This document shows, piece after piece, positions 57,409 to 64,000 of a stretch of DNA of 64,000 bases. The notes below the pieces were generated by a model. It worked only from the letters and a program-made list of their open reading frames with translations, was not told the origin of the DNA and did not search any database. The stretch is from the IMG/VR virus record IMGVR_UViG_3300047157_000186; one strand, 5' to 3'. The translations under genes and the position numbers were made by a program. The DNA comes from a virus. Its lineage: Duplodnaviria > Caudoviricetes. Position 1 is the first letter of the stretch. Each line of letters begins with the position of its first letter.

Positions 57409-57698
57409 AAGAGCAATATCCTAAATTAAATAAATTATTAAAGATATTTACGGTAGATAAAAAACTATCTCCATTAGAAAGACTTGCAAATAGATTAGCA
57501 TACGCTGGAACAACGCTTATTATAATTTCACCATATCTATTGAAGTATGACGATATTGGAGCATACACATATATCTTAGGTGGAATACTATCAATTCCAC
57601 AAGTATGGATTGCAAAACAATGGAACGTAGTTATTATTCACTCTAATTTAGTTTTTGGATATGGACTTTATATTTTAAGAAATACAATATGGCTATAG
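57405..57698 (+). CDS. Small three-TM membrane protein
   Basis: Hydrophobic helices; PnuC/SemiSWEET-like pattern, weak. Confidence 0.6.
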   Translation: MKEQYPKLNKLLKIFTVDKKLSPLERLANRLAYAGTTLIIISPYLLKYDDIGAYTYILGGILSIPQVWIAKQWNVVIIHSNLVFGYGLYILRNTIWL

Positions 57699-58030
57699 AA
57701 GAAAGACCGTGGGGAGAGTATGAAGTTATTTTAGATGCACCTGATGTAAAAATAAAACTAATAGAAGTTGCACCTAAACAAAGAATGTCATATCAATATC
57801 ATGAAAAACGGGCCGAAGTATGGACAATAATTCATGGAACATTAACCATTATACTAAATGATGAAACATTATACAGAGGTCCTGGACAATCAATCAAAAT
57901 TCCATTAGGTGCAAAACACAGAGCATGGAATAATACTGATTTGCCAGTTCATTTTGTTGAAGTTCAAACGGGAACTTATTTTGGTGAAGATGACATAATT
58001 AGAATTGAAGACGATTATAAAAGAATATAA
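57689..58030 (+). CDS. Mannose-6-phosphate isomerase-like cupin
   Basis: ERPWGEY, MSYQYH..RAEVW, HRAWN, VEVQTG.YFGEDDI.RIEDDY. Confidence 0.9.
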   Translation: MAIEERPWGEYEVILDAPDVKIKLIEVAPKQRMSYQYHEKRAEVWTIIHGTLTIILNDETLYRGPGQSIKIPLGAKHRAWNNTDLPVHFVEVQTGTYFGEDDIIRIEDDYKRI

Positions 58031-58735
58031 ATGAAATCACTTGTAATAATTCCAGCGAGATGGAACTCGACCAGATTTCCAGGAAAACCATTAGAATTAA
58101 TAGGTGAAAAACCTATGATTCAACATGTTTGGGAAAAAGCATCAAGATCAAATGCTGATGAGGTGTGGATTGCAACAGATGATCAAAGAATATTTGACTG
58201 TGCTAAATCATTTGGAGCCGAAGTTATGATGACTACTAATTGTGATACCGGGACTGACAGAGTTATTGAAGTTCAACAAACATTAGGTAGTGATATAGTG
58301 GTAAATGTACAAGGTGATGAGCCATTTATAAATCCAAAAGATATTGATCACGTTATTAGTTTGATAAAATCAAATCCTACAAATACTGTAGCCACATTAA
58401 AATCAGATCTAATAGAAAACGAAGCAAACGATAAAAACACAGTTAAGATTATGTCAAATCATGATTCAGGTTCAGTGATAGAGTTTACAAGAAATAATGT
58501 AAATGGAAAATCATGGTTTAAACATATAGGAATTTATGGATATTCCTCCAATGTATTAGATAAAATTGCAATATTGTACCCTACAGAAAACGCGATAAAT
58601 AAATCATTAGAGCAATTGACGTGGATGGAGAATGAAATAGAAATGGTTGCAGGATATACAACATATAAATCATTTGGTATTGACACGCCATCAGATCTAA
58701 AACGAGCAAATAATTTTTTAAAATCAAATAAATGA
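58031..58735 (+). CDS. kdsB: CMP-Kdo synthetase
   Basis: IPAR..STRFPGKPL, ATDD, GTDR, NVQGDEP, HIGIY, LEQL, GIDTP.DL. Confidence 0.92.
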   Translation: MKSLVIIPARWNSTRFPGKPLELIGEKPMIQHVWEKASRSNADEVWIATDDQRIFDCAKSFGAEVMMTTNCDTGTDRVIEVQQTLGSDIVVNVQGDEPFINPKDIDHVISLIKSNPTNTVATLKSDLIENEANDKNTVKIMSNHDSGSVIEFTRNNVNGKSWFKHIGIYGYSSNVLDKIAILYPTENAINKSLEQLTWMENEIEMVAGYTTYKSFGIDTPSDLKRANNFLKSNK

Positions 58736-59298
58736 TATTACCAACTATTGAACACACTTCGCCATCTTTTATTATGGCATATCAAATGGATGAAAAAATA
58801 TGTGACATGATTGTCGATAATTTTGACGATCTTCCTAAACTTACTAACTTTGATGATTTACGAGGATATCACAGGTTATCAAATGGTAACTTAGATCCAG
58901 ATATTTTAGAAGAATATATGTCTAAAGTTAATGAAGCATTTAAGGCATATATAAAAGAATATGAATGGTGTAATATCATGACAACTCAATGGAGTTTCTT
59001 TCCTCCATTCAATATACAGAAATATGAACCTGGGCAAGCATATAATCCAACACACATAGAATGCGGTGGCCCAAGAAAGGGTAAAATACAAAGAAAACTA
59101 GCATTCACAACATATCTCAATGATGTTGAAGAAGGTGGAGAAACTGAATTTGTATTACAAGGAATAAAAGTAAAACCAAAAAAAGGACTTACAATTATTT
59201 GGCCAGCAGGTTGGACACATCCTCATCATGGACTTCCAGCACCTAATGAAATCAAGTATATCGCTACTGGTTGGGCAGGATATCACCATAGAGACTAA
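58732..59298 (+). CDS. 2OG-Fe(II) oxygenase (prolyl-hydroxylase-like)
   Basis: IQKY.PG..Y..HIE, YLND..EGGETEF, WP..WTH.H.G. Confidence 0.85.
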   Translation: MILPTIEHTSPSFIMAYQMDEKICDMIVDNFDDLPKLTNFDDLRGYHRLSNGNLDPDILEEYMSKVNEAFKAYIKEYEWCNIMTTQWSFFPPFNIQKYEPGQAYNPTHIECGGPRKGKIQRKLAFTTYLNDVEEGGETEFVLQGIKVKPKKGLTIIWPAGWTHPHHGLPAPNEIKYIATGWAGYHHRD

Positions 59299-59304
59299 TA
59301 CTTT

Positions 59305-59760
59305 ATGAAGTTCAAAAAATTAACAGGACCACCTAAATTTGAACTTGCACCTTACGTTAAAGAATTTATTGAAAACAACAAAGGATTCGATATGAAAATA
59401 TATTTAGGGTGTGATAGTCAAAATAAGGCTATTAAAACAGTGTATGCAACTACATTAGTTTTTCATGTTGCGTCAGCAGGATGCCACGTGATATATAAAA
59501 AGGAGGAGGTTCCAATTATAAAAGATATGTGGACTAGATTGTGGAAAGAAACTGAAAAATCATGTGAAGTAGCTCTTTATTTAAGAGAACATGGCATAGA
59601 AGTTTCTACTATAGATTTAGATTATAATACAGATCCACAGAAAAAATCAAATAAATTAGTTAAAGCTGCAGTTGGATATGTTGAGTCGATGGGATTCAAA
59701 GCTAGATGTAAGCCCGATCTTTTACCTGGAGTTTATGCTGCAGATAATATCGTAAACTAA
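59305..59760 (+). CDS. RNase H-like YkuK-family protein
   Basis: [26 protein letters not shown]. Confidence 0.75.
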   Translation: MKFKKLTGPPKFELAPYVKEFIENNKGFDMKIYLGCDSQNKAIKTVYATTLVFHVASAGCHVIYKKEEVPIIKDMWTRLWKETEKSCEVALYLREHGIEVSTIDLDYNTDPQKKSNKLVKAAVGYVESMGFKARCKPDLLPGVYAADNIVN

Positions 59761-59779
59761 TTTTAATAAATACATATAA
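59754..59779 (+). promoter_or_regulatory. Putative AAAC-N17-TATAA promoter
   Basis: Upstream of clpC. Confidence 0.5.
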
Positions 59780-59804
59780 GAATAGTAAAACAAATATACA
59801 ATAT

Positions 59805-61848
59805 ATGTCATTAGCAGACGGATACGAAAACGAGAAAAATAGAAAAGGAAGTTCAAAGAAAAAAACTACTCCATTCTTAGATGAATTTGGGGAAGATTTA
59901 ACTTTGGCAGCATCTGAAGGTAAATTAGACCCGATTATCGGGAGAGATAAAGAGATTTATAGAATTTGCCAGATATTAGCTCGTAGAAAGAAAAATAATC
60001 CTATTATATTAGGTGACCCAGGAGTTGGTAAAACTGCAATTGTTGAAGCAATTGCTCAACGAATTATTGATAAGAAAGTTGCAAGAGTTTTGATAAACAA
60101 ACGACTTATCTCTATCAACATGACAACTATTGTTGCAGGAACCAAATATCGTGGAGAATTTGAAGAGAGAATGAAAAACATTGTCGAAGAACTTAAAAAC
60201 AATGACAATATTATTGTATTCATCGATGAATTACACACTATTGTTGGTGCAGGTGGAGTGAGTGGTGCATTAGATGCATCAAACATTCTTAAACCAGCTT
60301 TAGCAAGAGGACAAGTTCAATGTATCGGTGCAACAACATTAGATGAATATAGAGAAAACGTTGAAGATGATGGAGCACTTACTCGTAGATTCCAAGAAGT
60401 GTTTGTAGACGCACCATCAGTAGATGATACTATTAATATATTAATGCGTATCAAACATAACTACGAAGAATATCACTCTGTAGAATACACAGATGAAGCA
60501 ATTGACGCATGTGTTAGAATGAGTGATCGTTACATTAAACAACGTGAATTACCTGATAAAGCTATTGATTTATTAGATGAGGCTGGAGCAAGAACACATT
60601 TATTAGAAGTTAAAGTTCCTTCAAGAATCAAAACACTTGAGAAGCAAGCTGAAGAAATAAAATCAGAAAAGAAAGCTGCAGTTGAAAAACAAGATTATGA
60701 AGTTGCAGCGAGACTTAGAGATGATCAAATTTCTATAGAAAGCAGAATATTAAGTGAGACTAAAGATTGGGAAGAATCTCTTAAGAAATCAAAAAGACAA
60801 ATTAATATTTCAGACATAGCTGAAACTATTTCAACACAAACAGGAATTCCTGTTAATAAATTAGGAACTGATGATCTTAAGATGATTAAAGCAATGTCTT
60901 CAGAAATCAAGAATATGATTATCGGCCAAGACAGAGCAGTAGATGCATTATGTAAAGTAATTAAAAGATCTAGAACTGGAGTTGCAAGTCACAAAAAACC
61001 AAGTGGTTCATTTATGTTTTTAGGTCCAACTGGTGTTGGTAAAACTGAAACAGTCAAAGCCCTAGCAGAATATATGTTCGGAGATACTGATGCAATGATT
61101 AGAATTGATATGTCAGAGTATCAAGAAAAGTTTAATGTATCTAGATTGATTGGAGCTCCTCCGGGATATGTAGGTCATGAAGATGGTGGTCAATTAACTG
61201 AAGCAGTAAGACGTAAACCTTATTCTGTAGTCTTATTCGATGAGGTTGAAAAAGCACACCCAGATATTTTCAATACTTGCTTCAAGTCTTAGATGAAGGT
61301 AGATTAACAGATTCTAATGGTAGAGTTGTAGACTTTACAATACACTATCATTGTAATGACATCTAATGTTGGTGCAAGAAAGGTTGCAGACTTTGGAACT
61401 GGTATTGGATTCTCAACCTCAAATCTAATGTTGCAGAAGACAAGCAAAAAGATGGATGGTATTATTAAGAAAGAATTAAAGAATAAATTTAGTCCTGAAT
61501 TTTTAAATAGATTAGATGATATTATTTTATTTGACCAATTACAATCTGAGACATTTTAAAAATTGTAGATATTGAACTTAATAATTTTATTGAAAGAATG
61601 TCAATAGAAGATTATACATTTAAGTTTCTAAACCAGCAAAAGATTTTTAGCTAAAAGAAGGTTACGATCAAGCATATGGTGCAAGACCCATTAAAAGAGC
61701 TATTCAAAGATATGTTGAAGATATAGTTGCTGATGCAATACTAGATGCTTTGACAAAAGGTAAAGAATATACTATTACAAAAAACAAAGACGAAGATAAA
61801 CTAACTTTAGTAAATTATCATATAATAACTACTATAAACACAAGGTAA
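59805..61848 (+). CDS. clpC: ClpC-like AAA+ unfoldase lacking the Clp-N domain; several indels at 61275-61660; 3' end approximate (61813-61848)
   Basis: [34 protein letters not shown] motif, [23 protein letters not shown]; later LDEGRLTD and YGARPIKR occur in other frames. Confidence 0.85.
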
Positions 61849-62703
61849 ATGACAGACTTTTCAAAAACATTCAAAGAACTAATAACACAAATTGATATAC
61901 ACGGCGATGTATCGAAACCAAGAGATTTAGAAGTTAAAGAACTTCTTCTAAATAGAGTTGATATAAATCCAACAAAACCTATTGCTCATTTTGAAGCAAG
62001 ATCTTTTAATTGGAAATACTTTGCAGGTGAAATGGCATGGTATTTACACAGAGATACAGATGTAGATTATATAGGTCAATACTCTGGAATGTGGTCTACA
62101 TTAACAAATCCAGGTACTAATGAAATCAATTCAAATTATGGTGCATTAGTTCTTAATACAGAACAAATAGGTTGGGTTGTAGATTCACTTTTAGCCGATG
62201 ACAATAGTCGTCAAGCTATTATGTTTTTTAATCAACCTAAGTTTCAATTTAAAGGCAATAAAGATTTCGTATGTACAATGTATGCAAACTTTTTTATTAG
62301 AAATAATAAATTAAACATGAAAATACAAATGAGATCTAATGATATATTTTATGGTCTTACTTTTGATGCACCGTTCTTTTCATTTTTAATGCAATCAGTT
62401 TATTTGATTCTTAAAAAACATGACAAATACAAAGATTTAGAGTTAGGTACATATCATCACTTTGCAGATAACATTCATTTTTATGAAAGACATTTTGAAT
62501 TAGCAAAGAAAATTAAATCTGAAGATGATGCACTAGAATCTAATATTAATACATTAATTTTAGAAAAACCATTAGTAGATTATAATGGCACAGATGTGTT
62601 CTTAACCGATGAAGGTCTCGAGTTTACACAAAGATTAGATCAAGCACAAGGATCAAAAGAAGTTAATTACAAAAACATTTTAAAAGATTATTTTACAATA
62701 TAA
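61849..62703 (+). CDS. Thymidylate-synthase-fold protein, dCMP hydroxymethylase-like
   Basis: SNYG, SRQA, KDFVCT, MRSNDIFYGLTFD, HFYERH. Confidence 0.8.
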   Translation: MTDFSKTFKELITQIDIHGDVSKPRDLEVKELLLNRVDINPTKPIAHFEARSFNWKYFAGEMAWYLHRDTDVDYIGQYSGMWSTLTNPGTNEINSNYGALVLNTEQIGWVVDSLLADDNSRQAIMFFNQPKFQFKGNKDFVCTMYANFFIRNNKLNMKIQMRSNDIFYGLTFDAPFFSFLMQSVYLILKKHDKYKDLELGTYHHFADNIHFYERHFELAKKIKSEDDALESNINTLILEKPLVDYNGTDVFLTDEGLEFTQRLDQAQGSKEVNYKNILKDYFTI

Positions 62704-62704
62704 T

Positions 62705-63010
62705 ATGGAACCACCTAAAATATACATAGATCCTCAGAGAATTCTGGCAGAAGATTTTGAAAAGGTTTTGATTTCTAAATATGATATATTTTACAGGCGT
62801 ATTGTCGAATATATACTAAACATAATAGAAAACAAAGAAGAATCTAATATACTAGCAATTCTTGTAGATGATGAAGGTAGAGAATATGATATGACATTAC
62901 CAAGAGATGGTTACGAGAAATCATTATTCAAAGCTAAAGAATACTTTACAATGATAGAAGAATATGAGACGTGTGATCTAATTAAACAAATACAAAAACA
63001 AATAGCTTAA
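62705..63010 (+). CDS. Small protein with a UVR-like C-terminal motif
   Basis: YFTMIEEYETCDLIKQI. Confidence 0.7.
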   Translation: MEPPKIYIDPQRILAEDFEKVLISKYDIFYRRIVEYILNIIENKEESNILAILVDDEGREYDMTLPRDGYEKSLFKAKEYFTMIEEYETCDLIKQIQKQIA

Positions 63011-63699
63011 TGAATTACTACCCAAATGATAAAGAATTTCAAAGATTTGCAAAATCTGAGTTTAATATAAGTGGATCTCACATAGATCGGTTTTCTAAAC
63101 ATGTTGAAAAACAAAACTCAATGACGCCATATATTCTTGAAGAAAGAGAAATGAGAGTTACTCAAATGGATATATTTTCTAGATTGATGGCCGATAGATT
63201 ATTGTGGGTTGCAGGTCCAGTTAATGATGCTATGAGTACTGTTGTTCAAGCACAATTAATGTTTCTATCTAATAATGCAGCAGATGATATCACAATGCAT
63301 ATTGATTCTCCAGGTGGATCAGTTAAATCAGGATTATCTATGGTGGACGTGATGGAATATATACCTTGTGATATACGTACAGTTAACACTGGAATGGCAG
63401 CTTCAATGGGATCAGTATTATTAGGAGCTGGAACAAAGGGTAAAAGAGCGTCACTTAGACACTCAACTACAATGTTACATCAATCTTCAGGAGGATTCAG
63501 TGGAAATATTCAAGACGCTGAGGTTGATTGGGCAGAGTGGAAAAAAGTAAATGTAGAATTATTTAATTTACTAGGAGAGTATTGCGGAAAGAAACCAGAA
63601 AGAGTAATGAAAGATGCAACACGTGATTTTTGGTTAAATGCAGAAGAAGCAGTTAAGTATGGAATCATAGACGAAATCATAAAACCAAAACAAAGTTAA
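63010..63699 (+). CDS. clpP: ClpP protease subunit
   Basis: IDSPGG, GMAASMG, MLHQSSGG, RDFW..AEEAVKYG.ID. Confidence 0.93.
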   Translation: MNYYPNDKEFQRFAKSEFNISGSHIDRFSKHVEKQNSMTPYILEEREMRVTQMDIFSRLMADRLLWVAGPVNDAMSTVVQAQLMFLSNNAADDITMHIDSPGGSVKSGLSMVDVMEYIPCDIRTVNTGMAASMGSVLLGAGTKGKRASLRHSTTMLHQSSGGFSGNIQDAEVDWAEWKKVNVELFNLLGEYCGKKPERVMKDATRDFWLNAEEAVKYGIIDEIIKPKQS

Positions 63700-63709
63700 T
63701 ATATAGATT

Positions 63710-64000
63710 ATGGCGAGTAGACAAAAAACTAAAGAAGTGTTTATTGAGTTGATTAATTTACAACTAAAACCACATGGTAAAACATATAAAGATGTTGTTA
63801 AAGAAAACGACTGGTATATGAAGTATAATACTACTAGAGAAAAGGAAGCATTGTTTATTAAAGAAGCAACTAAAATACTTAAAACAAAATTAAGAATGAG
63901 TAAAGCAGTTGCTGAAAAAGAAATCAGTTGGTTTATTTTACAGTGGGGATTAACTACAAATGCTGAAAATTATTCTGAAGAAACAACATTAGTAAAATCA
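63710..64000 (+). CDS. 3'-truncated hypothetical protein
   Basis: MASRQKTKEVF...ISWFILQWGL, open to the window end. Confidence 0.6.
   Translation, partial: MASRQKTKEVFIELINLQLKPHGKTYKDVVKENDWYMKYNTTREKEALFIKEATKILKTKLRMSKAVAEKEISWFILQWGLTTNAENYSEETTLVKS

Noticed and set aside
4123-61848. Programmed frameshifting or pseudogenes in the T9SS-B gene (about 4218), 9764-11137, the RadA-like gene (about 48690), thyA (about 55908) and clpC (61275-61660)
   Set aside because: The indels are scattered, go in both directions, lack slippery heptamers or downstream structures, and leave both sides otherwise intact. This pattern fits consensus or long-read error; raw reads would settle it.
55397-63699. 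Host chromosome segment (prophage junction) because of the housekeeping-like genes
   Set aside because: The genes are compact, interleaved with phage-type hypotheticals, and share the same promoter motifs and composition. No att site or integrase is visible.
1-64000. tRNA/rRNA genes and stop-codon reassignment
   Set aside because: I found no cloverleaf or TTCGA-arm pattern in the GC-rich intergenic patches. Broken genes are explained by frameshifts, not in-frame TAG/TGA.

Overview
This is a 64-kb, AT-rich, gene-dense fragment of a large T4-like (jumbo-type) tailed phage genome. No capsid, terminase, polymerase, tRNA or CRISPR array is visible, so the taxonomy is inferred. The host is probably Bacteroidota: there are type A and type B T9SS C-terminal domains, many signal peptides followed by Gln (Q-rule), no Shine-Dalgarno sites, and TTT(G/T)-N19-TATATTAG promoters. 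From left to right the window holds: (1) a glycosyltransferase/epimerase/secreted nuclease block; (2) a divergently transcribed block of secreted proteins (T9SS cargo, PA14, cohesin- and dockerin-like domains, CsgG-like proteins); (3) small metabolic genes and kdsA; (4) many proteins with a T4 capsid-targeting-like MKxxKxFExFxxE motif; (5) about 15 kb of collagen-like and Pro/Thr-repeat fibre genes that share duplicated terminal domains and end in a Hint domain; (6) a glycosyltransferase cluster; (7) an inverted early-gene island with a repeated composite promoter, next to a 1.4-kb repeat-rich non-coding region; (8) thyA, mgsA, kdsD, kdsB, a 2OG oxygenase, clpC, a dCMP-hydroxymethylase-like gene and clpP. 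Several genes carry small indels that look like assembly errors. All family assignments come from motif recognition by eye; no searches were run.
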